64,000 nucleotides of DNA, taken from assembly GCA_030448245.1 (NCBI GenBank), contig JAUJNH010000003.1:43750-107749 (forward strand). Direction: 5' to 3'. This document shows positions 35,232-45,295 of this stretch, piece by piece. Under the pieces are notes generated by a model that did no database searches, had not been told where the DNA came from, and saw only the letters and a list, made by a program, of their open reading frames with translations. Made by a program: the position numbers and the translations under genes. The stretch's first letter is position 1. Each line of letters opens with the position of its first letter. The DNA comes from Acidimicrobiales bacterium. Lineage in GTDB: Bacteria > Actinomycetota > Acidimicrobiia > Acidimicrobiales > JAUJNH01.

Positions 35232-36239
35232 TCAGACGACGAACGTCCGGTACCTGAGGGCGCCGTGGACCTGGCCGACGGCCCGGGCCGTGTCGACCGC
35301 GAGGTTGCCGACGCACACCTCGAGGAAGCGGGGGCGGCGGACCGATGGCCGCCGGCACCACAGGTAGGGCAGGACGGCGAGCGCCGCCGGACGCCACCGG
35401 AGGGCGACGGCGCCGCCGGCGACGGCCGCGAGGAAGGCGGCGTCCTCGCGCCGGTACGACCACGGCCGCCAGAACGCCTCGCGCCGGAACCCGGGGTGCT
35501 GCACGCCGAGGGCCACGATGATGCGGTCCAGGTAGCCGTGCTTCACGTGCCACACCCAGCCTCGGTCCTCGACGGCGTGCACGACGACAGCGTCGCCCAC
35601 GAAGCCGCGGCCCCACCCGGCCTCGACCACCGCCCACCCTGCGGCGGTGTCCTCGCCCCAGGCCACGGGGGTGGCGCCGGCGCCGGGGCGGGTCGACCAC
35701 CAGGCGATCTGCTCGTCGAACCCGCCGGTGCTCTCGAGGGCGGCCCGGCGGTAGAAGACGTTGCAGGCGTCGAAGTACGGCGTCGCCTCCGTGATCACCC
35801 GCCACACGTACCAGCCCTGCAGCTTGGTGATGTCGACGCCGTCAGGCGGCCTCGTGCAGCCCTGGGCCACACCGAGGTCGGGGTCGGCCTCAAAGGCGGC
35901 GACCCCCGCCTCCAGCCACCCGTCCTCGGGCTCGCAGTCGTCGTCGGTGAACGCCACCAGCGGGGCGGACGCCGCCCGCCAGCCCAGGTTCCGGGCTGCG
36001 GCAGGGCCCCCGTTGACCGGGGTGCGGAGGGCCACCAACCGGTACGGGACCTCGCCGACGGCCGAGGCGACGACGTCCGGGGTGTCGTCGGTCGAGCAGT
36101 CGTCCACCACCAGCACCTCGAATCGGTCCGGCCCGATCGACTGCGAGGCGAGGCGCCGGAGGAGCTCGGCGCACCGATCCGAGCGGTCGTGGGTGGGGAC
36201 GACGACCGACACCGCGACCTCGGACGGGGCGGACGCCAT
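35232..36239 (-). CDS. glycosyltransferase family 2
   Basis: From ATG 36239: VSVVVPTHDRSDRCAELL, EVLVVDDCSTDDT, AARNLG, FTDDDCEP. Confidence 0.8.
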   Translation of the reverse strand: MASAPSEVAVSVVVPTHDRSDRCAELLRRLASQSIGPDRFEVLVVDDCSTDDTPDVVASAVGEVPYRLVALRTPVNGGPAAARNLGWRAASAPLVAFTDDDCEPEDGWLEAGVAAFEADPDLGVAQGCTRPPDGVDITKLQGWYVWRVITEATPYFDACNVFYRRAALESTGGFDEQIAWWSTRPGAGATPVAWGEDTAAGWAVVEAGWGRGFVGDAVVVHAVEDRGWVWHVKHGYLDRIIVALGVQHPGFRREAFWRPWSYRREDAAFLAAVAGGAVALRWRPAALAVLPYLWCRRPSVRRPRFLEVCVGNLAVDTARAVGQVHGALRYRTFVV

Positions 36240-36324
36240 CGGCTCCGGACGGTAGCGGACGCCTCGGAGGGGTCGAGGGCGGCCGACCCCTCCGGTAGCA
36301 TCTTCCGGCCATGGTGCTGCCCCG

Positions 36325-37512
36325 GTGACCCGACCCGGTCGCCTCAGGGTCGGCGTCCCCTCGTTCGTCTCGAAGATGACGCCCGCGTCGGGAGCCGGCC
36401 GGATGTGGCACAACGTCCTCGAGCAGCTGAGCCGCCAGGTCGACCTGTCGACGTGGGACGAGCCCGGCGGGTCGCGGTTCCGGGTGCCCCCCGACGTCTG
36501 GCTGACCGACGGCCACGACGGCCCCCTGCCCGTCGCCGAGCCGATGGTGGTCCACCTGCAGGAGGCCAGCTGGCGCCACGAGAGCACCCGGCCGGTCATG
36601 CAGCCCTGGTTCATCGAGCAGTTCGAGCGGAAGAGCCGGGCGGCGGCGGAGCGGGCGGCGGTGATCATCACGCCGTCGGGGTCGTCGCGGGCCCAGATCC
36701 TGGGGCAGTACGCCTTTGACCCGGGCCGGGTGCACGCCGTGCCGCTCGGGGTCGACCTGGCCCTGTTCCGCCCCGGGCGGCCCGGGGCCGGCGACATAAT
36801 CGAGGCGGCCGGCGGCGACCCGTCGGCCCCATACGTCCTGTTCGTCTCGAGCCTGTCACCCCGCAAGAACCTGGGGTCGCTGAAGACGGCCATGAACGCC
36901 CTGGCCCGCCGCGGGCTGCCCCACAACCTGGTCATCGTGGGCTCGCCGCCCCCCGACCGACGGGACTGGAAGGACCTGGCCGCCGCCGCCGCCGCCGGCC
37001 TGCCCGACGCCCCCGGCCGGGTCGTGTTCCTCGGCTCGCTCAGCGACGTCGAGCTGGCGGCGGTCACGGCCGGCGCCGCCGTGTTCTGCCTGCCCAGCAT
37101 GATGGAGGGCTTCGGCCTGACCGCCCTCGAGGCCATGGCGTGCGGCGTGCCGGTCGTCGTCTCGGACCGGGGCTCGCTCCCCGAGGTCGTCGGCGAGGCC
37201 GGCGTGGTCACCGAGCCCACCGCCGAAGCGCTCGAGGTGGCGCTGTTCGACCTCGTCGCCAGCCCCAAGCGGATGGACGAGCTGAGCCGGGCCGGCCTGG
37301 CCCGGGCCCTCCAGTTCAGCTGGAAGGCCACCGCCGCCGGCTGGCTGCAGGCGCTGCGCCAGGCCGCGCCGAGCCCCGGGGTCGGCCCGCTCGACTGGGT
37401 GCCGCCGCCCGGCTTCGGCCGGCGGCTGCTGCAGCAGGGCGTCCGGCTGCCGATCGGGCGGAGGCGGCCGGCGCCGAAGCCCGCCGACGGCAGGCCCGCC
37501 GGCAGCAGCTGA
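36325..37512 (+). CDS. glycosyltransferase family 4
   Basis: CLPSMMEGFGLTALEAMACGVPVVVSDRGSLPEVVG; 395-aa ORF. The Arg/Pro-rich C-terminal tail may be non-genuine. Confidence 0.8.
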   Translation: MTRPGRLRVGVPSFVSKMTPASGAGRMWHNVLEQLSRQVDLSTWDEPGGSRFRVPPDVWLTDGHDGPLPVAEPMVVHLQEASWRHESTRPVMQPWFIEQFERKSRAAAERAAVIITPSGSSRAQILGQYAFDPGRVHAVPLGVDLALFRPGRPGAGDIIEAAGGDPSAPYVLFVSSLSPRKNLGSLKTAMNALARRGLPHNLVIVGSPPPDRRDWKDLAAAAAAGLPDAPGRVVFLGSLSDVELAAVTAGAAVFCLPSMMEGFGLTALEAMACGVPVVVSDRGSLPEVVGEAGVVTEPTAEALEVALFDLVASPKRMDELSRAGLARALQFSWKATAAGWLQALRQAAPSPGVGPLDWVPPPGFGRRLLQQGVRLPIGRRRPAPKPADGRPAGSS

Positions 37513-37525
37513 CCCTTCTCCGGGC

Positions 37526-38149
37526 TCAGGCGGCCAGGGCCGGGGCTCCCTCGCCCCGCAGCGCCGGGAGCGCCGCCCGCCGGCCGAGGACGGCCATGGC
37601 CAGCGCCAGGCTGGGCGCCACGACCTCTCGGCCCGTGCCGTGAGCCCACTCCTGGTCCTCGGCCACCAGGCGCAGGCCCTTCAACCGGTTCCGGGGCACG
37701 AAGCCGACGTGGGCCCTGGGGCTCACCAGGAAGTCGAGGACAGCACCGAGCCGGGACGGCTGGTCCCAGTCGCCGTGGGGGTCACCGAGGCCCCATCGGA
37801 TGTCGGCGCCGTGCACGACGATGTCGGTCAGCGGCGCCGCCGGCGGCAGGCCCGGCGGTCGGGCGGTCGAGCCGGCGTGCTCCTCGAGCGTGGCCAGCAG
37901 GTCGGCCGGCGGGCGTTCGGCCAGCATCTGGGCGACCCGGTCCATGGCCGCCCCGATCCCGCCGGCCCGCACGACGTGGAGCGCCATCTGCGGGGCCGAC
38001 ACCGAGAAGGGCGTCACCAGGTGGACCAGGACGTGGTGGACCGACCAGCCCGAGCACAGGCTCGGCTGCGCCCAGGCGTCGGGCGGCAGGTCGCGCAGCC
38101 GCGCCACCAGCTCCAGCCGCTCGGCCCGGACGACCTCGAAGACCGGCAC
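37526..38149 (-). CDS. DinB-fold, maleylpyruvate-isomerase-family (mycothiol-dependent type) protein
   Basis: RAERLELVARLRDLPPDAWAQPSLCSGWSVHHVLVHLV; 207 aa. Confidence 0.75.
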   Translation of the reverse strand: MPVFEVVRAERLELVARLRDLPPDAWAQPSLCSGWSVHHVLVHLVTPFSVSAPQMALHVVRAGGIGAAMDRVAQMLAERPPADLLATLEEHAGSTARPPGLPPAAPLTDIVVHGADIRWGLGDPHGDWDQPSRLGAVLDFLVSPRAHVGFVPRNRLKGLRLVAEDQEWAHGTGREVVAPSLALAMAVLGRRAALPALRGEGAPALAA

Positions 38150-38222
38150 CCGCAGAAAGGTAGCGACGCTCGCGTGGTGGCGGCAGGCGGATCTTGGTCC
38201 GAACGGCCGACGTTGGCCGCGT

Positions 38223-39173
38223 TCAGGCTGAGGGCGGAGGGCCGGCCAGCGGCGGGGCGCCGTGGAGGACGACCCGGGTGTGGTGCGGGAGCTCGCGGCG
38301 CAGGTGGGCGTGCCGTTCCGGCGGCCGGCGAGCGGCGATCCTCACCCCGGCCCGGGCGGCCACCCGCACCGCGTTCAGTGCCGCCCACGCCCGCACGCCG
38401 ACCCGGCTGCGGTCCCGCTCGTACCAGTCGTACATGGCGTCGAAGCAGCGGCCCATGTACTCGTCGCCCCAGGCCTGGGCTCCTGCAGCGTTGCCGACGT
38501 GGACGACGGCGACGTCGGCCTCGAAGCGCCGCCGCCACCCCCGCCGGGCCAGCCACCAGCACAGCTCGATGTCCTCGACGTACATGAACCACCGCTCGTC
38601 GTAGGGGGCTCGGCCGGACAGGGCGGCGGCTCGGATCACGTGGACGGCGCCGATGGCCCAGTCGATGTCGGCGGGGGCGGCGGGCTGGTCGGCCAGCTCG
38701 AGGAGGAGGTGGCGCCCGATCCGACCCCCCTGCAGACGGCGGGGGAGGATGCAGGTGGCCGCGCCGACGCCGAGCGACGGGAAGCGGCGGGCGGTCCACT
38801 GCGGTGCCCCGTCGGCGCCGACGAGCAGGGGCGCCACCAGGCCGACGCCGGGGTCGGCGAGGAGCCGGCGAACCAGAGTGGCCAGCGAGCCCGGCGGCGG
38901 CTCGGTGTCGGGGTTCAGCGCGATCAGCACCTCGGCCCCGGTGCCGGCGAGGGCCTGGTTCATCGCCCTGGCGTAACCGATGTTGGTGGCGTTGCGGACG
39001 ACGCGGGCATGGGCGGCGGCGACATCGGCGCTGCGGTCCGACGACGCGTTGTCGACGACCACGACCTCGGCCTGGATGCCCTCGAGGGCGGCCGGCAGGG
39101 CCTGCAGGCACCGCTCGAGGAGGCCCGCCGTGTTCCACGACACGATGCCCACCCCTACCGTGGCGACGGTCAC
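38223..39173 (-). CDS. glycosyltransferase family 2
   Basis: From GTG 39173: VGIVSWNTAGLLERCLQAL, VVVVDNASSDRS, GYARAMNQ, IALNPDTE, WFMYVEDIELCWW. Confidence 0.8.
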   Translation of the reverse strand: MTVATVGVGIVSWNTAGLLERCLQALPAALEGIQAEVVVVDNASSDRSADVAAAHARVVRNATNIGYARAMNQALAGTGAEVLIALNPDTEPPPGSLATLVRRLLADPGVGLVAPLLVGADGAPQWTARRFPSLGVGAATCILPRRLQGGRIGRHLLLELADQPAAPADIDWAIGAVHVIRAAALSGRAPYDERWFMYVEDIELCWWLARRGWRRRFEADVAVVHVGNAAGAQAWGDEYMGRCFDAMYDWYERDRSRVGVRAWAALNAVRVAARAGVRIAARRPPERHAHLRRELPHHTRVVLHGAPPLAGPPPSA

Positions 39174-39196
39174 CGGATCGCCATCGGCCGGCGGGC

Positions 39197-40051
39197 TCAC
39201 AGCAGGTCGACGAACAGGCGGTCGTGGTGGCGGTGGACGGCCACGGCCACCACGGCCAGGACGAGCGTGGTGCCGACCGAGACGCCGAGAGCGAGGTTCG
39301 AGGGCAGCGGGGAGCCGACGGCCGCCGTCTGGAAGAGACCCACGATGCCGGTGAGGGGGTTGAGGTTGAGCACTCGCCCGGCCGGACCGAGGACCGAGAG
39401 CGGGTACACCACCGGGGTCACGTACAGCCAGACCAGCTGGGAGGCGATCACCACGAACTTGAGGTCGCGGAAGTAGACGTAGAGGGCCCCCAGGACCATG
39501 CCCAGGGCGGCGGAAAAGGCGACGGCGAGGGCGGCCGCCGGCACCAGCAGCAGGAGCCTGGGCCGCAGCGGGGCGCCCACGATCGGCAGCTCGACGAACA
39601 GGATCAGGATCGACGCGCCGAGCAGCACGAGGTTCGAGCACGGCGGGACCAGGGCGAGGATGGCCCGGGGGAACCAGACCTTGTCGGTGAGCCCCGCCCC
39701 TTCGACGATGGCCGTGGTGGACGCACCGATCGACGTCGACACGTAGACCCACGGCACCATGCCGGCGAGGACGTACCCCGCGTAGCTGTAGTCCTGCCCG
39801 GCCCCGAAGCCGCCGACGCGGGAGAACACGAACACCATCGCCACCGACTGGACCAGCGGCATGGCGATCGACCACAGGATCCCGAGGGCGGCCCGCTTGT
39901 AGCGGACCTGGAAGTCCTTGCGGGCCAGGGCGGCCAGCACGCCCCGGAAGCGCCACAGGCCCCCCATCCACGCCCACAGCGAGTCGGGGTGCCGGTCCAG
40001 CCGGAGGACCGGCCCCTCGCCCGCCGCCGGCGTCCGGGCGGTCGCCTTCAT
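39197..40051 (-). CDS. ABC-2 type polysaccharide-export permease (Wzm type)
   Basis: From ATG 40051: LARKDFQVRYKRAALGILWSIAMPLVQ, six hydrophobic segments, 284 aa. Confidence 0.85.
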   Translation of the reverse strand: MKATARTPAAGEGPVLRLDRHPDSLWAWMGGLWRFRGVLAALARKDFQVRYKRAALGILWSIAMPLVQSVAMVFVFSRVGGFGAGQDYSYAGYVLAGMVPWVYVSTSIGASTTAIVEGAGLTDKVWFPRAILALVPPCSNLVLLGASILILFVELPIVGAPLRPRLLLLVPAAALAVAFSAALGMVLGALYVYFRDLKFVVIASQLVWLYVTPVVYPLSVLGPAGRVLNLNPLTGIVGLFQTAAVGSPLPSNLALGVSVGTTLVLAVVAVAVHRHHDRLFVDLL

Positions 40052-40932
40052 GGGCCGGGAGCGGGCGGAGCGGTGTAGGCCCGGACGACCAGGCTGATCC
40101 GGGGGATCAGCTCGAGGTCGCGCCAGCCCTCGATGTGGCGGTCGATGACCTCGTCGCTGAGGTCCTCGACCCGGTCGAAGCCGGCGTCGAGGAGGACCCG
40201 CTCGAGCAGGGCGAAGTCGTAGATGACGTGGTGGCGCTCGAGGTCGAGCGCCCCGGGCTGGCCCAGCCGGGCGTGGCTCGTCATCCCGAAGATGGGGATC
40301 ATCACCGTCCACTTGCTCTCGGGCGGGCTGTCGAGGTAGGCGGCGAACACGGTGGCCGCGTCCGGAACGTGGATCTGGGCGAAGCCTCCGGGCCGCAGCA
40401 CCCGGCGCCACTCCCGGAGCGTGGCCATCAGGGCCGACGAGTGCACGTGCTCCAGGATGTGCACGGCCAGGACCTCCTCGGCCGAGCGATCGGCGAAGGG
40501 CAGCGACGAGGCCGACGACACGTGCTCGACGTGGCGAGCCCAGCGGTTGGCGTCGACGTGCACGTAGCCGGGGCTCGGGAAGTCGCCGCTGCCGATCTCG
40601 ATCCGCAGCGGGTCGACGACCTCGGCGTTCAGCTCGAGACGCTCCCGGATCCCGGCCGGCAGGTGCTCGACCCAGCCGGCGCCGCCGCGGCACCGGGCTC
40701 GGCGGATGGGGGGGCCGGCGTAGCCGCGCACCAGACGCACCGCCTGGCTCTTGGCCCCATCGACCGTCGTCCACGACCGGACGGTGTGGCGGAGCCGGCC
40801 GGCACGGGTCGGCCCATGAGGGGATGCGGGTTCGGTGGGCAGGGCCATCGCCAGGTGCGGGGCCGCCGAGCTGGGGGCGCTGGTCGCGGGCACGGCGGGC
40901 GCGTCCTCGCGCTCGACGGTCGGCCCTTCCAT
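40048..40932 (-). CDS. class I SAM-dependent methyltransferase
   Basis: LRIEIGSGDFPSPGYVHVD (motif I), VLAVHILEHV, LREWRRVLRPGGF. An ATGA overlap joins it to the Wzm start. The start at ATG 40932 is uncertain. Confidence 0.7.
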   Translation of the reverse strand: MEGPTVEREDAPAVPATSAPSSAAPHLAMALPTEPASPHGPTRAGRLRHTVRSWTTVDGAKSQAVRLVRGYAGPPIRRARCRGGAGWVEHLPAGIRERLELNAEVVDPLRIEIGSGDFPSPGYVHVDANRWARHVEHVSSASSLPFADRSAEEVLAVHILEHVHSSALMATLREWRRVLRPGGFAQIHVPDAATVFAAYLDSPPESKWTVMIPIFGMTSHARLGQPGALDLERHHVIYDFALLERVLLDAGFDRVEDLSDEVIDRHIEGWRDLELIPRISLVVRAYTAPPAPGP

Positions 40933-41017
40933 CGGTCGGATGCTACCGGCGCCCGTACAGTGACCCATCGCTCCGCCCTCCCCGAACCCGAGCGCCACCC
41001 TGCCACCGGAGCCCGTC

Positions 41018-41746
41018 ATGGACCCTCGCATCTACGCCCAGATGCGGTCGGTCGAGGACGACCACTGGTGGTTCCGCGGCCGTCGGGCCGTCATCGCGGC
41101 GATGCTCGGCGGCCTCTCGCTCGGCAGCTCGGGCCGCGTGCTCGACGCGGGCTGCGGCAGCGGTGGCAACCTCGGCACGTACGCCGGGCTGGGCGAGGTG
41201 ATGGGCGTCGACATGGAGCTCGAGGCCCTCGGTCACGCCCTCGGCCGCGGCTACCGGGCCGTGGGCGTGGCCTCGCTGGACGACCTCCCCTTCCGGGACG
41301 CGGCCTTCGACCTCGTGTGCGCCACCGACGTCATCGAGCACGTGATCGGTGACGTCGAGGCCCTGCGCGAGCTGCGGCGGGTGACGGCCCCGGGCAGCCA
41401 CCTGCTCGTCACCGTCCCGGCCTACCGCTGGCTGTGGAGCGACAGCGACGTCCAGCTTGGCCACCAGCGCCGCTACACCGCCCCCGAGCTGGTGCAGCGG
41501 TGCACCGAGGCCGGGTGGACGGTCCAGCGCACCAGCTACTTCAACACGGTGCTGCTGCCACCCATCGCCGCCGTGCGCTGGATCCGCCAGCGGCGGGAGG
41601 CGGCGTTCGCCCCCACCGAGCTGGCGCAGACCGGAGCCAACGCCAACCGGGTGCTCCGGCTCCCGATGGAGCTGGAGGCCCGGCTGATCGCCGCGGGCGT
41701 CCGCCTGCCGACGGGCGTGTCCATCGCCTGTCTCTGCCAGCGTTGA
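41018..41746 (+). CDS. class I SAM-dependent methyltransferase
   Basis: VEDDHWWFRGRR, VLDAGCGSGGNL, FDLVCATDVIEHV; 242 aa. Confidence 0.8.
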   Translation: MDPRIYAQMRSVEDDHWWFRGRRAVIAAMLGGLSLGSSGRVLDAGCGSGGNLGTYAGLGEVMGVDMELEALGHALGRGYRAVGVASLDDLPFRDAAFDLVCATDVIEHVIGDVEALRELRRVTAPGSHLLVTVPAYRWLWSDSDVQLGHQRRYTAPELVQRCTEAGWTVQRTSYFNTVLLPPIAAVRWIRQRREAAFAPTELAQTGANANRVLRLPMELEARLIAAGVRLPTGVSIACLCQR

Positions 41747-41756
41747 CGGGTGCCGC

Positions 41757-42338
41757 TCACGGCGGTGCCGGCGGCGGGATGCGCTTCAGGCCGAAGTCAC
41801 GGCTCTTGATCTTGACCATGCGACCTTCGGGGTGGTGCCAGACGATGCCTTCGATGGCGGCCTCGGCCAGGTAGGAGCGCAGTCCCTCGAAGTCGCGAGG
41901 CGCGTCCGGGAGGACTGCGGCGTCGGCGTGTGCGACCAGCTCATGCTCGGTGAACCGCTCCGGGTTGCCCTGGATCTTCGGCCCCAGCAGCTCGTAGGTG
42001 CCGTCCAGCTCGCCGCCCCGGTCGCGGCCCGTCAGCCTCTCGAAGGCCTGACGATGCCAGCGGTCTTCCGGGCCGTCGCCCACCGGCACCCACCCAAAGC
42101 TCTTGCCGGTCACCGGGTCGTGCTGTTCCACCTCGAAGTCGCGTGGCGGTGGCTTGCCGGGCTTCAGGTCGAACCGCTTGTAGAGGCGGCGGTCGCGGAT
42201 GAGGCAGCAGGTCCCGTCGTACTTGCGGGTGGCTGCTCCCTCACCGGCCAGCACCCACTCGGCGCCGGGCACCACCTCATCCCGGACGAGGTGGTCGCCG
42301 TCGTAGTTGCGCTGGTAGAGGCTGATGATCTTCTTCAT
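41757..42338 (-). CDS. minimal ATP-dependent nucleic-acid ligase-like protein (RNA-ligase-type nucleotidyltransferase domain only)
   Basis: 193 aa. MKKIISLYQRNY, motif I-like ATRKYDGTCCLI (KxDG), motif IV-like IEGIVWHH, motif V-like MVKIKSRDFG. Visibly less GC-biased codons than its neighbours. Confidence 0.6.
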   Translation of the reverse strand: MKKIISLYQRNYDGDHLVRDEVVPGAEWVLAGEGAATRKYDGTCCLIRDRRLYKRFDLKPGKPPPRDFEVEQHDPVTGKSFGWVPVGDGPEDRWHRQAFERLTGRDRGGELDGTYELLGPKIQGNPERFTEHELVAHADAAVLPDAPRDFEGLRSYLAEAAIEGIVWHHPEGRMVKIKSRDFGLKRIPPPAPP

Positions 42339-42500
42339 GTGGTGCTCCCTTCGCTGGGCTGAACCATCGGCCGGCAGCCGCTTCCACGGCCGGCGTCGGT
42401 GTGAACCGGATCAGTCAACCCCGGCGCCGCCACCAGCACCGCTGCATTTCGAGGAGCCCAACCCCAGGCATCTCGATCGTCGACCACGACCGAGCGGCCG

Positions 42501-44516
42501 TCAGCGCGCCCCCGCGCAGCTGACGTCCGGCGGCCCGACCACCCGGTAGATCGCCCCGTGGCCGTCTCGCTCGGCGACGAGCTCGAAGGCGGCGTCAGCC
42601 TCCACCCACCGCTGCCACTGGGTTCCGGGGATCACCCCCGTGAACGGGAAGCCGCCATCCCGCAGCGCCTGCATCCACGCGGGGCAGGAGTCGAGCGGCA
42701 CCGGAGCGCGGTCAGCAAGCCGCGTCAGGGTCACCGCCCGGTTCGGGGCGCCCGGGCCGTAGAGGAGGGCCACCTCCGGGACCCACCCGGCGATCCTCGT
42801 CGGCTGCTCACGGATGGCCCAACGCCGGAGAGGATCGGACTCCGCGCTCGGGTGCTGCCCCACGATCACGGCGACGCCGACCACGGCCAGGGCGGTCGAC
42901 GCCGCCGCGCCGGCCCGCCACCAGGCGAGCAGGCCAGGCCGCGAGGCCATCCAGGCCGCCACCCCACCGCCGGCCGCGGCCGCCACCAGGATGGCAAAGG
43001 AGCGCCCCCCGATCTCCGGTGCCCAAAAGGCGATGCGCTGGCCGGCCGGGATGCCGGCGGCGACCACCGCGCAGCCGACGACGGGGAGGATGGCGGCCCA
43101 CCGCCGCCCAGCGAGGGCGATGCCCGCCGTCACCATGCCCAGGGCGAGCGCGGCGGCGGCGTAGTGCACGTTGATGACGAACCCCTCGGGGGTCCCCTCG
43201 GCCCCGTAGGCGCTGGCCGGGGTGGTCAGGTACCCGATGCCGGTGACCACGGCGGCGGCGGCCAGCCCGCGCCGGAACCGGTCCCCGGACCGGAGCCCTA
43301 CGACGATCCCGAACAGGACGGCGACCAGCACCGGGAGAAAGAGCGGGCCCATGGCCTGGCCCAGCCCGTCCCAGAGCTTCCGCAAGGCCCGCCCGCGGAC
43401 GAGGTACCACGCCACCGAGTACGAGTACTGGTGGACCTCGGTCGTGATCTGCGGCAGCTGGAAGGGGCCGACGCCGATGCGGGCCGGCGGCAACGGGCTG
43501 CCGTAGCTGACGGCGTTGCGGACGTACCACGACACGCCCACGGCCAGGGCGCCCACCGCCCCCGCAGCCGCGGCCCGCAGGCGACCGGCGGGGACCCTGG
43601 TGGCGAGCAGCCACAGAGCGAACCCGGCGAGGGCGACGCCGGGGGCGATGGCCGAGAGCTTCGTGCCGACGGCGGCCCCGGCGCACACCAGGGCCAGCAC
43701 GTACGGGGCGGGCCGGCCGCGGGCATGGGCCAGGACGGCGACGGCGCCCAGCAGGAGGAACACCACGAGGGCGTCGTTGACGGCTTCCCCCGGCTGCGAA
43801 AAGGCGATGACGGGCAGCCCGAGGACCACCGCCGCCGCCCCCACGGCCAGCAGCCGGGCCCCAAAGGCCTTGCCGAGGGCGTCGGCCGCGACCAGGACCA
43901 GGCCGCCGAGCACCAGGTTCTTCACGGCGCCGAACACGACGGACTTGGTCAGCACCAGCGCCATGGCCACGAGCAGCTCGTCGTTGGCGGGGTAGAACTG
44001 GACGGGCAGACCGGGCAGCACGAACCGGTTCTGGTCGGCCACCCCGGTCTGGGCGAAGGTGGCGGCGAACGGCAGGTGGTAGCCGAGCGAGTCGGGGTCG
44101 CCGATGCCCCCGCGCACGGCGATGGCCGTGCGGGCCACCCAGATGGCGGCGACGACCAGCACGAGCACGACGGTGGCGACCACCAGCAGCGCCTGGCTCG
44201 GCTGCACCGTCGCCTCGTCGAGTTGGGCCTCGGGGTCAGGCTGCGGGCCGGCGCCAGCCCGGCCGAACGCGACGGCCGCCGCCGCGCTGATCACGCTGGC
44301 CCCCAGCAGCGGCAGCGTCCGCAGCCAGCCCACCGCGCCCAGCAGCTGCCCCAGGGCCAAGGCCCAGCAGAGGCCGATCAGCACGGTGGTGACCACGCCG
44401 ATGCTTCCCCGCCATCCGGCGAACCACGTCCGCTTGATCGTGAGCGAGACGGTGGTGGCCGACCCGAGGAAGACGATGGCCCAGAGCCCGGCCAGCGTCA
44501 GGTCGGCCAGGCTCAC
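42501..44516 (-). CDS. polytopic membrane protein, GT-C-like (ArnT/PMT-type) glycosyltransferase candidate
   Basis: 671 aa from GTG 44516. More than 12 hydrophobic segments, then a soluble C-terminal region of about 100 aa. A GTGA overlap joins it to the upstream GT2 polyprenyl-phosphate glycosyltransferase gene. Confidence 0.65.
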   Translation of the reverse strand: MSLADLTLAGLWAIVFLGSATTVSLTIKRTWFAGWRGSIGVVTTVLIGLCWALALGQLLGAVGWLRTLPLLGASVISAAAAVAFGRAGAGPQPDPEAQLDEATVQPSQALLVVATVVLVLVVAAIWVARTAIAVRGGIGDPDSLGYHLPFAATFAQTGVADQNRFVLPGLPVQFYPANDELLVAMALVLTKSVVFGAVKNLVLGGLVLVAADALGKAFGARLLAVGAAAVVLGLPVIAFSQPGEAVNDALVVFLLLGAVAVLAHARGRPAPYVLALVCAGAAVGTKLSAIAPGVALAGFALWLLATRVPAGRLRAAAAGAVGALAVGVSWYVRNAVSYGSPLPPARIGVGPFQLPQITTEVHQYSYSVAWYLVRGRALRKLWDGLGQAMGPLFLPVLVAVLFGIVVGLRSGDRFRRGLAAAAVVTGIGYLTTPASAYGAEGTPEGFVINVHYAAAALALGMVTAGIALAGRRWAAILPVVGCAVVAAGIPAGQRIAFWAPEIGGRSFAILVAAAAGGGVAAWMASRPGLLAWWRAGAAASTALAVVGVAVIVGQHPSAESDPLRRWAIREQPTRIAGWVPEVALLYGPGAPNRAVTLTRLADRAPVPLDSCPAWMQALRDGGFPFTGVIPGTQWQRWVEADAAFELVAERDGHGAIYRVVGPPDVSCAGAR

Positions 44517-45295
44517 ACAGGGGCCTCGACGTCGGCGCCGCGCCCCGAAAGGCCGTGCCGCAGCCGAAGGTGCAACGCCAGGCGGACCACGTCGAGGGCC
44601 ATGGGGGCCGCGGCGGTTGCGGGCCGCACGCTCGACCCTGCGCCGTGCTGGTAGGCGATCGGCACCTCGGCCACGCGGTGGCCGCCGTTGCGGGCCCGCA
44701 TGAGCAGCTCGATGTCGAAGGCGAGCCCTGGCACCAGCAGCGACGACAGCAGTGACCTGGCCAGATCGGCCGGCAGGAGCTTGAACCCGCACTGGGTGTC
44801 GCGGGTGTCGAGACCGGTCATGGCCCGAACGAACCGGTTGAAGACACGGCCCACGATGACCCGCGACTGCGGCGCCGCGACCCGCGACCCGGCGAGGTCG
44901 CGCGACCCGATGGCGATCTCGGCCCCGTCGGCCAGCGCGGCCGCCAGCTTCGCCGTCTCGCTCAGCGGGGCGGCGAGATCGACGTCCGACAGCAGGACGT
45001 GGGTACCGGACGACGCCCGGGCCCCCCGAGCGACGGCGTCGCCCTTGCCATGGCTGCCCGGCTCCGCCGGGACCACCGTCCAGCCTGGCCGGCCGGCCAG
45101 CTCCCGGATCCGCAGCCCGGTGGCGTCGAGGCTGGCGTCGTCGACGACGACGATCTCGGTGAGCCGGTAGCCAGGGCACAGGGTGCTCCCGAGGAGCGGC
45201 GCGACTCCGTCGACAAAGGCGGGCAGCCGGCGCTCCTCGTTGTAGAGGGGCACGACCAGCGAGACCCGCGCCGGCTCACCCCCGGGCGACGACAT
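44513..45295 (-). CDS. GT2 polyprenyl-phosphate glycosyltransferase (Dpm1/GtrB/ArnC type)
   Basis: From ATG 45295: VSLVVPLYNEERRLPAFV, EIVVVDDASLDAT, GKGDAVARG, LLSDVDL, TQCGFKLL. Confidence 0.8.
   Translation of the reverse strand: MSSPGGEPARVSLVVPLYNEERRLPAFVDGVAPLLGSTLCPGYRLTEIVVVDDASLDATGLRIRELAGRPGWTVVPAEPGSHGKGDAVARGARASSGTHVLLSDVDLAAPLSETAKLAAALADGAEIAIGSRDLAGSRVAAPQSRVIVGRVFNRFVRAMTGLDTRDTQCGFKLLPADLARSLLSSLLVPGLAFDIELLMRARNGGHRVAEVPIAYQHGAGSSVRPATAAAPMALDVVRLALHLRLRHGLSGRGADVEAPV

Noticed and set aside
42340-42500. Possible terminator between the GT-C gene and the ligase-like gene (two CGGCCG elements 13 nt apart)
   Set aside because: CGGCCG is self-complementary and common at this G+C content. 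A 6-bp stem with a 13-nt loop and no U-tract is too weak to call.
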